Shown here piece by piece: positions 1 through 10,778 of a DNA stretch of 45,102 nucleotides. The position numbers were made by a program, and so were the translations under genes. Source of the DNA: Campylobacterota bacterium (GTDB lineage: Bacteria > Campylobacterota > Campylobacteria > Campylobacterales > Nitratiruptoraceae); contig JAADFB010000083.1 of NCBI GenBank assembly GCA_013153095.1, positions 1 through 45,102 of the forward strand. Direction: 5' to 3'. Position 1 is the first letter of the stretch, and every line of letters begins with the position of its first letter. The notes below the pieces were generated by a model. That model was not told the origin of the DNA, ran no database searches, and saw only the letters and a program-made list of their open reading frames with translations.

Positions 1-1963
1 AGCCGTTTCTCATCCCATCTTTTTTAACTTTTTCTCTCAACTTCTCCCAATCATAAATATATCCAAATAACCCTCCTCTCTCAGGAGTCAACTTTTTAGC
101 TTCCTCAGTGGCGTTATCTATAGGAAAAACTCCTTTGCTCCATTTCGAACCTTTAAAAAGTGGATAAACCCCTTTTTCTACCGCTAGGTTTGAGGAGGCT
201 CTAATAGCGTTATAGCTAATCATCTCCATAATCTCATCGATTTTTTTAAAATGTTCCTCGCTTCCCCACTCAATTTTAGCCTCAGCCAACATCTGAGCCT
301 CTCCCATAACTCCTAAACCGATAGCTCTAGTTTGAAGATTGGTTTTTTTAACTTTCTCTAGGGGGTAAAAATTTAAATCGATAACATTATCCAGCATTCT
401 AATCGCAATAGGTACAACTCTTTCTATCTCCTCTTTTGTATTTATTTTACTTAAATTTATAGAAGCCAAATTACAAACCGCACTCACTCCGTCAAACTTC
501 TCTTTTTCAACTATAAAAACCTTTTTTCCCTTAATTGAGTCTAAACTAGTTATTTTCCTAGCTTTTTTCTTTATTCCTAAATCGGTGGTTACTATCTCCT
601 CCTCTTCAAATAGATCGATAGTCCCATCCTCATATTTTATCTTTACTTTGTAATGGTTGGGGGCGGTGTTTTGAAAGATTTCGGTGCATAAATTTGAACT
701 TCTAATGATTCCGCTATGATCATTTGGATTACATCTGTTGGCATTATCTTTAAAACATAAAAAGGGGTTTCCTGTTTCAAAATAGCTTCTTAAAATTAAT
801 TTCCATAACTCTTTAGCTCTAATTTGCTCTTTAAGAATATCTTCTCGCTGTTCATACTCAATATACCTTTTTTCAAACTCTTCTCCCCATAAATCGGTTA
901 AATCACTAGTTTGAAACGGATCAAATAGCGTCCAGATTCCATCTTCAGCAACCCTTTTCATAAAAAGATCGTTTATCCACAAAGCTGGGAAAAGGTCGTG
1001 CGCTCTTCTTCTTTCTTCTCCACTATTTTTTTTAAGATCGATAAAATCTCTTACATCCAAATGCCACGGCTCAATATACACAGCTATCGCACCTTTTCTT
1101 GTTCCTAGTTGATCTACAGCTATCGCTATATCGTTGGCTATTTTTAAAAAAGGGATAATTCCCCCCGCAGCGTGTTTATGTCCATCGATATAACTCCCCA
1201 TAGCTCTAAGTTTACTCCAATCCCATCCAATTCCACCACCATACTTACTTAAAAGTGCCATCTCTTTGTAACTATCAAAAATCCCTTCGATATTATCTGG
1301 AGTGCTTCCAATATAACAAGAGCTTAATTGATGACGACTGGTTCTAGCATTGGAGAGAGTGGGAGTTGCCACCATAACCTCAAACTTACTAATAACATCA
1401 TAAAATTTCTTAGCCCAACTTTGACAATCCAGTTCATTTTGAGCCAAAAACATCGCTACCGCCATAAAAAGGTGTTGAGGTAGTTCAATAGGGTTATTAT
1501 CTTTATCTTTTAAAAGGTAACGATCATAAAGTGTTCTAATTCCTAAATAGGTAAATTGTAGGTCTCTTTCAGGTTTTAAATAATCATTTAAATCGTCTAG
1601 ATCATATTTATCTTTTAATCCGGGTAGGATTCTTCCAGCTTTCTCTCCAATCTCAAAATACTCTCTAAGATGTCTATACCCAGTAAATCCGCTAACTTTG
1701 TGATAAAGATCGTAAAGAAACAATCTAGCCGCCACAAAAGTCCAGTTAGGACGATCCACATCGATCTTATCTACTGCCGTACGAATTAAGGTTTGTTGAA
1801 TCTCTTGGGTGGTTATTCCATTGCGAAACTGTATCTTGGCATCCACTTCCAACTCGCTTTGACTAACCCCCTCCAATCCCTCACAGGCAGCTTTAGTATA
1901 TTTTTGAATCTTGGAAATATCTAGGGGTTCAACCCGTCCGTTTCGCTTGATAACTGTTATCAT
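1..1963 (-). CDS. nrdA: Ribonucleoside-diphosphate reductase class Ia alpha subunit, 3' end runs off the window (not in the ORF track)
   Basis: Manual translation from ATG at 1963: MITVIKRNGRVEPLDISKIQKY (ATP cone), then ATPTLSNART, HQLSSCYIG, GGGIG, VDQLGTRKGAIAVY, SSNLCTEI (radical Cys at 686-688) and VCNLASINL. ATGA overlap with the purB stop. Confidence 0.97.
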   Translation of the reverse strand, partial: MITVIKRNGRVEPLDISKIQKYTKAACEGLEGVSQSELEVDAKIQFRNGITTQEIQQTLIRTAVDKIDVDRPNWTFVAARLFLYDLYHKVSGFTGYRHLREYFEIGEKAGRILPGLKDKYDLDDLNDYLKPERDLQFTYLGIRTLYDRYLLKDKDNNPIELPQHLFMAVAMFLAQNELDCQSWAKKFYDVISKFEVMVATPTLSNARTSRHQLSSCYIGSTPDNIEGIFDSYKEMALLSKYGGGIGWDWSKLRAMGSYIDGHKHAAGGIIPFLKIANDIAIAVDQLGTRKGAIAVYIEPWHLDVRDFIDLKKNSGEERRRAHDLFPALWINDLFMKRVAEDGIWTLFDPFQTSDLTDLWGEEFEKRYIEYEQREDILKEQIRAKELWKLILRSYFETGNPFLCFKDNANRCNPNDHSGIIRSSNLCTEIFQNTAPNHYKVKIKYEDGTIDLFEEEEIVTTDLGIKKKARKITSLDSIKGKKVFIVEKEKFDGVSAVCNLASINLSKINTKEEIERVVPIAIRMLDNVIDLNFYPLEKVKKTNLQTRAIGLGVMGEAQMLAEAKIEWGSEEHFKKIDEIMEMISYNAIRASSNLAVEKGVYPLFKGSKWSKGVFPIDNATEEAKKLTPERGGLFGYIYDWEKLREKVKKDGMRNG

Positions 1964-3291
1964 TCTTTAAACACCCTTGCAAAGATTTTATCTACATTTT
2001 TAGTGTAGTAGCTGTAGTCAAAAAACTTTTTTATCTCCTCTTTATCGATTTTTTGGGTGAGTTCTTTATCCTTTAAAAGATATTCTAAAAATAAACTTTC
2101 TCCTTTAGAATTTATCGGTTTATCTCCTTGTTGAATTCTTTCCCAAACTTTCATTGCGTTTCGTTGAACTATTTTGTACGCATCTTCTCGACTAACTCCT
2201 CTTTTGGTAAGTTCTAAAAGTACCCGTTGACTAAATACTAGTCCGCCGGTTAAGTTTAAATTTTTCTTCATATTTTCAGGATAAACAACCAGGTTTGAGA
2301 TAACACCATTCAATCTATTTAAAGCAAAATCCAAAGTTATAAAACCGTCTGGTAAGATAAATCTTTCTACTGAAGAGTGGCTAATGTCTCTCTCATGCCA
2401 AAGGGCGACATTTTCTAAAGCAGGCATTACCATTGAACGGATCTCTCTAGCTAACCCGGTTAAATTCTCTGTAAGGATAGGGTTTCGTTTATGAGGCATT
2501 GCAGAGCTACCTTTTTGTCCTTTGCTAAAAAACTCCTCCGCTTCATACACCTCTGTGCGCTGAAAATGGCGTATATTGGTTGCAACTTTCTCAATAGTTG
2601 AAGCGATTAGGGCAAAAGTGGTAAATAATCTAGCGTAGCGATCTCGTTGAATTATCTGATTTGAGATAGGGGCAGGCTTTAAGCCAAGTTCTTGACAAAC
2701 ATATTCCTCCAACTCCATAGGAGCGTGGGCAAAATTTCCCATAGCTCCACTAACTTTTCCTACACTTATAACTTCCAAAGTTTCATAAAGATTTTTTAGA
2801 TGGCGATTAAACTCATCATACCATAACGCTAACACCAATCCAAACGTTATCGGTTCTCCGTGAATTCCGTGACTTCTTCCCACCATCAAGGTGTATTGAT
2901 GCTCATAAGCTCTTTTTTTAAGGGACTCCATAACTTTTTTAACATCTTCTATTATCAACTTTAAGCTATCCCTCATCATCAAAGCGTTAGCGGTATCGAT
3001 TGTATCAGAACTAGTCATAGCGTAATGCAACCATCTAGATTCTTCCCCTAACGATTCGGCTACAGAGGTTAAAAATGCTATAACATCGTGTTTGGTCTCT
3101 TTTTCAATCTCCTCTATTCGCTTAAGATCAAACTTGGCATTTTTTAAAATTTTTTTAGCATCTTCTGCAGGTATTAATCCAAGTTTCTCCCACGCTTTGA
3201 CAGCGGCTAATTCCACTTCAAGCCACGCTCGATATTTAGCCTCTAAACTCCATTTTTCCGACATCTCTTTGCGTGCATACCGTTCAACCAT
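1960..3291 (-). CDS. purB: Adenylosuccinate lyase
   Basis: SSAMPHKRNP signature, GRSHGIHGEP, HERDISHSS. Start placed at ATG 3291 (MVERY) behind an AAAGGG SD; the ORF track uses GTG 3297. Confidence 0.97.
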   Translation of the reverse strand: MVERYARKEMSEKWSLEAKYRAWLEVELAAVKAWEKLGLIPAEDAKKILKNAKFDLKRIEEIEKETKHDVIAFLTSVAESLGEESRWLHYAMTSSDTIDTANALMMRDSLKLIIEDVKKVMESLKKRAYEHQYTLMVGRSHGIHGEPITFGLVLALWYDEFNRHLKNLYETLEVISVGKVSGAMGNFAHAPMELEEYVCQELGLKPAPISNQIIQRDRYARLFTTFALIASTIEKVATNIRHFQRTEVYEAEEFFSKGQKGSSAMPHKRNPILTENLTGLAREIRSMVMPALENVALWHERDISHSSVERFILPDGFITLDFALNRLNGVISNLVVYPENMKKNLNLTGGLVFSQRVLLELTKRGVSREDAYKIVQRNAMKVWERIQQGDKPINSKGESLFLEYLLKDKELTQKIDKEEIKKFFDYSYYTKNVDKIFARVFKE

Positions 3292-3379
3292 TGCCACCCT
3301 TTGCTCGTAATTTTTGGTATATAATGCTAGCTAAAAAAAACTTTAGAAATTCTCAAAAGATTTTCTCAAAGGATAGAGG

Positions 3380-4288
3380 TTGCCTTTTGAAAAAAAGATA
3401 ATAAAAACTAATAAAACCATCAAACTTTTTAAACTACTAATGGAGGAGTTTGAAATTCCTTTAAGGGAAGCTCAACGTATAATAGATACCAAAAAAGTGT
3501 TTATGAAAGGGTTACCTGTTACGGACAAATCTATAGAAGTAAAGGGGGAAATTGAGGTAATAGATTTCTCTCCTATCTCTAAAGGGTTACAACCTCTTTT
3601 TAGAGCCAGAGAGTTCGCAGTTTTTGATAAACCTAGCGGAATTATGGTACATCCTAGAAATAGAAGAAGTGGGTATACTCTTTTGGATGAAGTTAGATGG
3701 TATTTTGGTAAGGAAGCTAATATTACTCATCGGTTGGATAAAGAGACTAGTGGGCTGGTATTGGTTTCTAAAAATAAGAGAAGTGAAAAAATCCTAAAAA
3801 GAATGTTTGAAGAAAAAGTTATAAAAAAAAGCTACTTAGCACTGGTTGAGGGAAAAGTGGAAAGAGAGCTTTTTATCGATGAACCTATACTTTTAAATAG
3901 AGATTATTCAAAGATAAAGGTTAAGGTAGTTGTAGATAAAAAAGGTAAGAAAGCTCAAACTATTATTAAGCCAATAAAGTATATTAAAAATTGTACTTTA
4001 GTTGAAGCTATTCCTTTAACTGGAAGGCAACATCAAATTAGGGCACATCTGTTTCATGTGAAACATAAAATTATCGGTGATCCCCTCTATGGCGTTGATT
4101 TTAAGATCGCCAGTACCTATTTAGATAATATTTTGAGTCCATTTGAAAGGGTTAAATTCACTGGAGCAGATAGGTTAATGTTACACGCACAAAAGTTGGA
4201 ATTTAAGTTTAAAGAGACCAATTATAAAATTTTCTCTAAGCAAAACTTTCTTAAAGAGTGTTATCTATCTTTTTCTAAAAGTTACTAA
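3380..4288 (+). CDS. RluA/RluD-family RNA pseudouridine synthase
   Basis: DKPSG..VHP, catalytic HRLDKETSG, LTGRQHQIRAH, IIGDPLYG, LMLHA. Confidence 0.93.
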   Translation: MPFEKKIIKTNKTIKLFKLLMEEFEIPLREAQRIIDTKKVFMKGLPVTDKSIEVKGEIEVIDFSPISKGLQPLFRAREFAVFDKPSGIMVHPRNRRSGYTLLDEVRWYFGKEANITHRLDKETSGLVLVSKNKRSEKILKRMFEEKVIKKSYLALVEGKVERELFIDEPILLNRDYSKIKVKVVVDKKGKKAQTIIKPIKYIKNCTLVEAIPLTGRQHQIRAHLFHVKHKIIGDPLYGVDFKIASTYLDNILSPFERVKFTGADRLMLHAQKLEFKFKETNYKIFSKQNFLKECYLSFSKSY

Positions 4289-4360
4289 AATAAATCCTCC
4301 TAATCCTACTATAACTGTTAAAACGATAATAAAAAGCATCGCATTATCGAGAGCGTTCAT
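4265..4360 (-). CDS. Putative 31-aa single-pass membrane peptide ([31 protein letters not shown]), not in the ORF track
   Basis: Strong SD (GAGGAGGATAGGA-ATG), one ~21-residue hydrophobic stretch followed by a basic RKR tail; overlaps the upstream small ORF. Confidence 0.6.
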   Translation of the reverse strand: MNALDNAMLFIIVLTVIVGLGGFILVTFRKR

Positions 4361-4475
4361 TCCTATCCTCCTCACTCTCGATAGAGATTTTTACAAACGC
4401 TACGACCATAAAGATTACTGCCGCAATGAGTACCATCATCATAATCAATTCATAATTTTTGAATGGAACTTCCAC
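4344..4475 (-). CDS. Putative 43-aa single-pass membrane peptide ([43 protein letters not shown]), not in the ORF track
   Basis: GTG start behind AAGGAGAGGGAGA inside the rlmN 3' end; ~19-residue hydrophobic helix and charged tail; fills otherwise empty space. Confidence 0.6.
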   Translation of the reverse strand: MEVPFKNYELIMMMVLIAAVIFMVVAFVKISIESEEDRNERSR

Positions 4476-5523
4476 TCTCCCTCTCCTTTAACTGTCCACA
4501 AGCGGCACTAATATCTAACCCTTTAGATTCTCTAACTGTGCATAGTATACCTTTATCAAGTAAATAGCGTTGAAATTCTCTTACTTTTTCTTCACTAGGG
4601 CGTTGGAAAGGGGAGTTTGGATAGGGGTTAAAATAGATAAGATTAACTTTGGCTTTGATCCCATTTAAAAGTTTTACTAATTTTTTAGCCGATTTGAGAT
4701 CGTCGTTTACATCTTTTATAACCAAATATTCAAACATCACCCTTTTTCGCTGATCTATTGGAAACTCTTTTACCGCTTTTATTACACTTTCTATGTTATA
4801 CGCCTTATTGATAGGCATTAGCCGTTCTCTAAGTTTGTCATCTACAGCGTGTAAAGAGATCGCTAGTAAAACCCCTAAATTCATCTCTCCCAATTTTTTT
4901 ATTTTGGGAGCTAATCCACTAGTTGAAACTGTTTGACGTCTGGGGGATATGTTTAATCCGTCTGGATCACTAAAAATTTTTATAGCCTTTGCTAAATTTT
5001 CCAAATTATCTAACGGCTCTCCCATTCCCATATAAACAATATTTACTCTTCTATTAGCTGGGATATTATTATCCTCTTTGATAGCTAAAAGTTGTCCTAC
5101 TATCTCTCCTGGAGTTAAATTTCTTACAAACCCGCCTTTAGCGGTTAAGCAGAATGCACATCCTACTTTGCAGCCAACTTGAGTAGACACACATACGGTA
5201 TATCTAGCTTCCTTAACAATTTTTCCCTCTTTATCTCTTTCCTCCTTTTTCATTGGTAGTAGTACCGCTTCGATAGTGTGGTTGTCTTGAAGCTTGAAAA
5301 GATATTTTTTGCTCCCATCTTTGCTTTTTTCTACTTTGATGGTTTCTAAAGGAGAAATAGTATAGTTTTTCTCTAACTCCTCTTTTAAACTTTTAGGAAG
5401 ATTTTTCATCTCCTTAAAACTTTTAACCCCTTTTTGATATAGCCAATGGAAAACTTGTTTTGCTCTAAAGGTGGGAGAGAGGTTTAGCTCCTCTTTAGTT
5501 ATATCGTAAATATTTTTTTTCAC
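4450..5523 (-). CDS. rlmN: 23S rRNA (adenine2503-C2)/tRNA methyltransferase RlmN (radical SAM)
   Basis: [15 protein letters not shown] (CxxxCxxC), MGMGEP, SLHA, C-terminal DISAACGQL. Confidence 0.96.
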   Translation of the reverse strand: MKKNIYDITKEELNLSPTFRAKQVFHWLYQKGVKSFKEMKNLPKSLKEELEKNYTISPLETIKVEKSKDGSKKYLFKLQDNHTIEAVLLPMKKEERDKEGKIVKEARYTVCVSTQVGCKVGCAFCLTAKGGFVRNLTPGEIVGQLLAIKEDNNIPANRRVNIVYMGMGEPLDNLENLAKAIKIFSDPDGLNISPRRQTVSTSGLAPKIKKLGEMNLGVLLAISLHAVDDKLRERLMPINKAYNIESVIKAVKEFPIDQRKRVMFEYLVIKDVNDDLKSAKKLVKLLNGIKAKVNLIYFNPYPNSPFQRPSEEKVREFQRYLLDKGILCTVRESKGLDISAACGQLKERESGSSIQKL

Positions 5524-5589
5524 TAAAAACTCCTATAAGGAAGTACTAAGGTGGGTAAGAGGAAAGACATATTTGAAGTGATACCTTTA

Positions 5590-5617
5590 TGATAAAATAG
5601 TAGCCAAAATTATAACA
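5590..5617. promoter_or_regulatory. Closely spaced opposite extended -10 promoters for nrdB (+) and rlmN (-)
   Basis: TGaTAAAAT on + at 5590-5598 and TGtTATAAT on - at 5609-5617, matching the TGnTATAAT style of Campylobacterota housekeeping promoters. Confidence 0.45.
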
Positions 5618-5682
5618 TACTTAACTACTTCTTAAACTTTACCAAAAATAAGCTTTTAAGTAGTATATCTAGGAGGCTTGGA

Positions 5683-6708
5683 ATGAGTTATCACCGTAAA
5701 AAGATCTATAACCCAAACTCAACTGAAAAAGTGAATCAAAGAAAAATCTTTGGAGGAGATCCTACAGGGATTTTTGAGTTAAATAAGATCAAATATCAAT
5801 GGGCTTACAATCTTTGGGAGATGATGTTAGCTAATACCTGGTTTCCTAAAGAGGTTGATATGACTCAAGATGCTAGAGATTATAAACTCTTAACCGATGC
5901 AGAAAAATTGGCTTACGATAAGGTGTTAGCCCAACTAATTTTTATGGACAGTTTACAGACCAATAACCTCATCGATAATATCAACCCTTATATTACCGCT
6001 CCAGAGGTAAATCTTATCTTAGTTAGACAAGCGTTTGAGGAGGCACTTCACTCACAAAGTTATGCGGTGATGGTGGATAGTATTAGTCAAAATACGGATG
6101 AGATTTATGAGTTATGGAGAGAGGATTTAAAACTTAAACAAAAAAACGATTATATCGCAAAAGTTTATGAGGAACTGGCTCAAGACCCCACTGATGAAAA
6201 TATTGTAAAAGCGATGTTTGCAAATCAGATTTTGGAGGGAATCTATTTTTACAGCGGTTTTACCTACATCTACACCCTAGCTAGAAGTGGAAAGATGTTA
6301 GGCTCTGCTCAAATGATTAGGTTTATTCAGCGGGATGAGTTAACTCATCTTTTAATTTTCCAAAATATGATAAATACGGTTAAAAAAGAGCGTCCAGAAC
6401 TTTTTACTAAAAAGTTAATTGATGAAGTTTATAAGATGTTTGAAGGGGCGGTAGAGCTAGAAAGTAGTTGGGGAAAATATATCACACAAGGGCAGATATT
6501 AGGGTTAACTGACGAAATAATTGAACAGTATATCAAATATCTAGCCGATGAGAGATTAAAAAGGGTTGGGTTGGAACCTTTGTATAAAGTGGAACATCCT
6601 ATTAAGTGGGTAGAAGATTTTAGTAAGTTTAACGATCAAAAGACAAACTTTTTTGAAGGAAATGTTACAAACTATTCGAAAGGAAGTTTAGACTTTGATG
6701 ACTTTTAA
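5683..6708 (+). CDS. nrdB: Ribonucleoside-diphosphate reductase class Ia beta subunit
   Basis: Di-iron ligands in [15 protein letters not shown] (radical Tyr), [10 protein letters not shown] and RDELTH; C-terminal [10 protein letters not shown]; AGGAGG SD. Confidence 0.97.
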   Translation: MSYHRKKIYNPNSTEKVNQRKIFGGDPTGIFELNKIKYQWAYNLWEMMLANTWFPKEVDMTQDARDYKLLTDAEKLAYDKVLAQLIFMDSLQTNNLIDNINPYITAPEVNLILVRQAFEEALHSQSYAVMVDSISQNTDEIYELWREDLKLKQKNDYIAKVYEELAQDPTDENIVKAMFANQILEGIYFYSGFTYIYTLARSGKMLGSAQMIRFIQRDELTHLLIFQNMINTVKKERPELFTKKLIDEVYKMFEGAVELESSWGKYITQGQILGLTDEIIEQYIKYLADERLKRVGLEPLYKVEHPIKWVEDFSKFNDQKTNFFEGNVTNYSKGSLDFDDF

Positions 6709-7405
6709 CGCTATTCAGATGAAAACAAGCTCCGATTTTGATAAAAATCTAGAGATTTTAAAGAGCTTGATTTTAAAAAGTAACGATCTGGTAGTAGCCC
6801 CTGAGGTTTGTTTGACAGGTTTTGCTTATGAGCGTTTTGAGGAGTGTGCTGATTTTTCAAAGAAAGCGATTAAGGAGCTTCTTCCCCTCTCAAAAGATAA
6901 GATTATCTGTTACACTCAGATAGAAAAAAGGAGGGGAAAGTTTTACAATATCGCTAAAGTGTTATACAATCAAAAAGTTGTTTACGAGCAACCTAAAGTT
7001 AAACTTTTTAAATTTGGGGGAGAAACCAACTATTTTACTCCTGGAAGGATGGAGGATATAAAGTTATTTGAGATTGAGGGTAAAAAATTTGGATTACTTA
7101 TCTGTTTTGAACTGCGTTTTTTAGAGATATGGGAGAAGCTAAAGGGAGCAGATATTATCTTACTTCCAGCGATGTGGGGAAAACCTAGAAAACGCCATTT
7201 TGAACAGCTAAGTGAGGCTTTGGCTTTAATAAATCAAGCGTTTTTAATAGCAAGTGATAGTGCAAATGAGGATATGGCAAAAAGCAGTGCAATTATAGAC
7301 CCTTTTGGAAAAGCGTATAGGGATGATAGAAAGGTTCTTTTAACTAAAGAGGTCGATTTAAGTGAGATAAAAAAAATGAGAAGATATATGGATATAGGAC
7401 TATGA
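6698..7405 (+). CDS. Carbon-nitrogen hydrolase (nitrilase superfamily)
   Basis: Glu-Lys-Cys triad in APEVC, PKVKLF and ICFELRF; overlaps the nrdB stop. Confidence 0.88.
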   Translation: MTFNAIQMKTSSDFDKNLEILKSLILKSNDLVVAPEVCLTGFAYERFEECADFSKKAIKELLPLSKDKIICYTQIEKRRGKFYNIAKVLYNQKVVYEQPKVKLFKFGGETNYFTPGRMEDIKLFEIEGKKFGLLICFELRFLEIWEKLKGADIILLPAMWGKPRKRHFEQLSEALALINQAFLIASDSANEDMAKSSAIIDPFGKAYRDDRKVLLTKEVDLSEIKKMRRYMDIGL

Positions 7406-8037
7406 ATTTAATTGAGAGGATAGAACGGCAAAAGCGTGAAAAGATGGCAGATAGTATTGATGCGGTATTTCCGCTTGATCCTAGAATAAAAAAGGCGTTT
7501 ATAAATATTCAACGGGAAAAGTTTGTCCCTTTGGGTTTTAGACACTTTGCTTACAAATTGGAGGCGCTTCCTATTGCGGGAAGACAATGGATCAGTTCTC
7601 CTTTAACTGTGGCTAAAATGACTCAGTACCTGGAGCCGATTGGAGTAGATAGCGTTTTAGAGATTGGGTGTGGAAGCGGGTATCAAGCTGCGATATTAAG
7701 TCAATTGGCTAGAAGAGTTTTTACAGTAGAGAGAATAGGAAGATTGGTAGTAGAAGCTAAAAGAAGATTTAGGGAGTTAGGGTTACACAATATTCACGTT
7801 AAACACGCCGATGGAATGCACGGTTGGAAGGAGTTCGCTCCTTATGATCGAATCCTTTTTAGTGCGGCTGTAGAGAGGGTTCCCAGAGAGATTTTTGATC
7901 AACTCTCTCCTAGAGGAATTTTAGTAGCTCCTATCATTAAAGGGGATAGACAAATTATTACTAGATTTAATAAAAATGGACGAAAAGAGGAGTTAGAGGG
8001 GTGTTTATTTATCGATTCTAAAAGAGGAATTGAATAA
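7402..8037 (+). CDS. pcm: Protein-L-isoaspartate O-methyltransferase
   Basis: QWISSP, VLEIGCGSGYQAA (SAM motif), DGMHGW..APYDRI, QLSPRGILVAP. Confidence 0.94.
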   Translation: MNLIERIERQKREKMADSIDAVFPLDPRIKKAFINIQREKFVPLGFRHFAYKLEALPIAGRQWISSPLTVAKMTQYLEPIGVDSVLEIGCGSGYQAAILSQLARRVFTVERIGRLVVEAKRRFRELGLHNIHVKHADGMHGWKEFAPYDRILFSAAVERVPREIFDQLSPRGILVAPIIKGDRQIITRFNKNGRKEELEGCLFIDSKRGIE

Positions 8038-8149
8038 AAGTGTGCCAAATTGAAGCATAATTTAAGGAAAAACCTTTTTATCAAAAAAGGATAACAAAAC
8101 TCTAATTTATAAGCTGGTATGATAGGAAAATCCACTAAAGGAGCTAGGT

Positions 8150-8485
8150 ATGCGTGAGATTGATATGAGTAGTCAAGAATTTTTAGATGAGGTGGAGAAA
8201 ACAAAAAAATTTACAGATAAAGTGTGTAAACAGTTTGGATGGGTTTATAATCCCAATGAGGAGGTTGTAGAGGGTGTAATTATGGGATTAGCCAGACATA
8301 AACTCCTTTATGGCAAAAGGTTCTGTCCTTGCTATATGGTAATAGAAGAGAACGGAAGATTTAAAAGCGCAGATGATAGAATCTGTCCTTGTAAACCTGC
8401 GATCGAAAAAGAGATACCGCAAGAAGGTAAGTGTCATTGTGGGATTTTTTGTTCACCAGAGTACGCTAAAACCCACAGCCACTAA
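8150..8485 (+). CDS. Ferredoxin:thioredoxin reductase catalytic-subunit family protein
   Basis: Diagnostic CPC...CPC...CHC cysteine pattern (RFCPCY, ICPCK, KCHCGIF); AAGGAG SD. Confidence 0.9.
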   Translation: MREIDMSSQEFLDEVEKTKKFTDKVCKQFGWVYNPNEEVVEGVIMGLARHKLLYGKRFCPCYMVIEENGRFKSADDRICPCKPAIEKEIPQEGKCHCGIFCSPEYAKTHSH

Positions 8486-8507
8486 AGAAAAAAGGGTCTT
8501 AGGAATT

Positions 8508-8516
8508 TGATATAAT
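8508..8516 (+). promoter_or_regulatory. Extended -10 promoter of pckA
   Basis: Perfect TGaTATAAT 45 nt upstream of the pckA ATG. Confidence 0.55.
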
Positions 8517-8561
8517 TATGCAAAAATCGCTCGCAAAACTACTAATAAAAAGAAGGTTACT

Positions 8562-10139
8562 ATGCGAATTAATGACTTAGATAAACTTGGCATAAAAGAT
8601 ATCAAGAAGGTTTATTACAACTTAGATTATGAGACCCTTTACCAGCACGAGATAGCTCAAAGGGAAGGGATAGAAACAGAGTTAGGAGCGGTTGCAGTAG
8701 ATACTGGAAAATTTACCGGGAGGAGTCCAAAAGATAAATATTTTGTCAAGCAACCACCTAGTCAAGAGCATATAGCCTGGGGGGAGGTGAATCAACCCGT
8801 TTCTAAAGAGGTGTTTGAAGAGCTGTTTCAAAAGGTTAAAGAGTATCTTAGCGGAAAAGAGCTTTACATTATGGACGCCTTTGCAGGGGCAAGTGAAGAT
8901 AGTAAAAAAGCTATCCGGGTAGTAACAGAAATGGCGTGGCAAGCCCACTTTGTAAAAAATATGTTTATCCGTCCTACTCCAGAGGAGTTGGAAAATTTTC
9001 ATCCAGATTTTACCCTCTATGTAGCCCCTAAATTTGTAAATAACGATTTTAAAAAACATAATCTAAACTCCGATGTGTTTATCATTTTCAATATTGAAGA
9101 GAATGTAGCTATTATTGGTGGTACCTGGTATGGGGGGGAGATAAAGAAGGGTGTTTTTTCGATGATGAATTACTGGTTACCGCTTGAAGGAAAGCTGAGT
9201 ATGCACTGTTCTGCAAATATTGGAGAGAAAGATGATGTAGCTCTCTTTTTTGGATTAAGCGGTACAGGAAAAACAACTTTAAGCGCTGATCCAAAACGGC
9301 GATTAATTGGAGATGATGAACACGGTTGGGATGAGGAGGGAATTTTTAACTTTGAAGGTGGTTGCTACGCTAAAGTGATCGATTTAGATGCAAAAAAAGA
9401 GCCTGATATTTATGGGGCGATCAAGCGGGATGCCCTTTTAGAAAATGTAGTAGTAAAAGAGAATGGAGAGGTCGATTTTAAAGATGCTACCAAAACCCAA
9501 AATACTCGGGTAAGTTACCCTATCTATCATATCTGTAAGCATAAAGAGGATCTAAAAGGTCCCCATCCCAAAAATATCATCTTTTTAACCGCGGATGCGT
9601 TTGGTGTACTACCACCAATTAGTAAGTTAACCAAAGAGCAAGCGATGTACTACTTTTTAAGTGGATATACCGCTAAGGTTGCAGGAACTGAAAGGGGAAT
9701 AGATGAACCGGTAGCCACTTTTAGCGCTTGCTTTGGAGAAGCTTTTCTTCCCCTTCACCCTACCGTATATGCCAAGCTTTTGGGAGAAAAGATCGATAAA
9801 CACAATGTGAATGTGTATTTGGTAAATACAGGTTGGACAGGAGGTCCTTATGGAGTTGGAAAGAGGATGAATTTAAGTGATACAAGGGCTTGTGTAAATG
9901 CTATCTTGGATGGTTCCATCAACGAAGTAGAATTTGAAAACTTTCCTATCTTCAATCTAGCTATTCCAAAAAAGGTTAAAGGGATCGATAGCAAAATTTT
10001 AAATCCTCGCAATACTTGGAAAGATAAGGAGGCGTATGATAAACAGCTAGTCCATTTAGCTAAGCTTTTTATTGAGAATTTTAAGCGTTATCAGGGGTAT
10101 GGAAATTTTGACTATTCTAAGGCAGGACCTCAACTTTAA
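8562..10139 (+). CDS. pckA: Phosphoenolpyruvate carboxykinase (ATP)
   Basis: [20 protein letters not shown]-loop, [25 protein letters not shown]. Confidence 0.98.
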   Translation: MRINDLDKLGIKDIKKVYYNLDYETLYQHEIAQREGIETELGAVAVDTGKFTGRSPKDKYFVKQPPSQEHIAWGEVNQPVSKEVFEELFQKVKEYLSGKELYIMDAFAGASEDSKKAIRVVTEMAWQAHFVKNMFIRPTPEELENFHPDFTLYVAPKFVNNDFKKHNLNSDVFIIFNIEENVAIIGGTWYGGEIKKGVFSMMNYWLPLEGKLSMHCSANIGEKDDVALFFGLSGTGKTTLSADPKRRLIGDDEHGWDEEGIFNFEGGCYAKVIDLDAKKEPDIYGAIKRDALLENVVVKENGEVDFKDATKTQNTRVSYPIYHICKHKEDLKGPHPKNIIFLTADAFGVLPPISKLTKEQAMYYFLSGYTAKVAGTERGIDEPVATFSACFGEAFLPLHPTVYAKLLGEKIDKHNVNVYLVNTGWTGGPYGVGKRMNLSDTRACVNAILDGSINEVEFENFPIFNLAIPKKVKGIDSKILNPRNTWKDKEAYDKQLVHLAKLFIENFKRYQGYGNFDYSKAGPQL

Positions 10140-10265
10140 TCCCCTCTCTCCCTTTGGGGAGCCTATCTATCATTAAATCTAAACATCTCCTTAAAGTGGT
10201 TTTATTTTACTTCTATTAAGTTTATTTCGTATAATTTGGTTCAAACTTTTCAATAAGGATTGCTT

Positions 10266-10766
10266 ATGAAAATTCCTAAGCGGTTGGGTTGGATTAGTGG
10301 AGGAGTGTTATTAGCGTTACTGATCTGGTTTACTTTTAGCACCTATGGGGCAGGGCGACCTATTGGAGCGTCTACAGGGATAGCTTATATGGGAGCCTGG
10401 TTTTTTGGTTTAACAGATACGCCTTACTTTAAAAAGATTACTGAAAGTGGAAGCTGGGAAGTTATATTCTTAATTGGAGTGCTCTTAGGAGGTGCTTTTA
10501 CCTCCTTATTTATCACTAAAACTTTTAAAATTAGGGCGATTCCTCCTTTATGGAAAAAGCATAAAAACAGTTCTGTTGCTTCTAGACTTTTTTGGAGCTT
10601 TATAGGGGGTTTTATGGTAGTTTTTGGAGCTAGATTAGCGGGAGGGTGTACTAGTGGACACTTTCTAAGCGGAGCAAGTCAAACGGCTATTAGTGGACTT
10701 ATTTTTGGTGGAGTAGCCATTGTGGTTTTGATCTTAACCGGTAGACTTTTCTATAAAAACCTTTAA
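10266..10766 (+). CDS. YeeE/YedE-family sulfur-compound (thiosulfate) transporter, first subunit
   Basis: Four hydrophobic segments and the GARLAGGCTSGH motif. Start ATG 10266 or TTG 10260. Confidence 0.88.
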   Translation: MKIPKRLGWISGGVLLALLIWFTFSTYGAGRPIGASTGIAYMGAWFFGLTDTPYFKKITESGSWEVIFLIGVLLGGAFTSLFITKTFKIRAIPPLWKKHKNSSVASRLFWSFIGGFMVVFGARLAGGCTSGHFLSGASQTAISGLIFGGVAIVVLILTGRLFYKNL

Positions 10767-10778
10767 AGGGGAGAAAAG

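Noticed and set aside
476-685. About 48 extra residues in NrdA between the radical Cys (NLCTE) and the CNL Cys relative to E. coli spacing; considered as intein or intron
   Set aside because: In frame, too short, no intein C/S...HN termini or endonuclease motifs; I recall a similar insert in Helicobacter/Campylobacter NrdA, so it appears lineage-typical.
1-6708. nrdA and nrdB separated and divergent
   Set aside because: Unlinked nrdA and nrdB, with purB-nrdA adjacency, is known in Campylobacterota; not novel.
10148-10161. Small hairpin CTCCC-tttg-GGGAG after pckA
   Set aside because: Only 5 bp and no U-tract; too weak to call a terminator.
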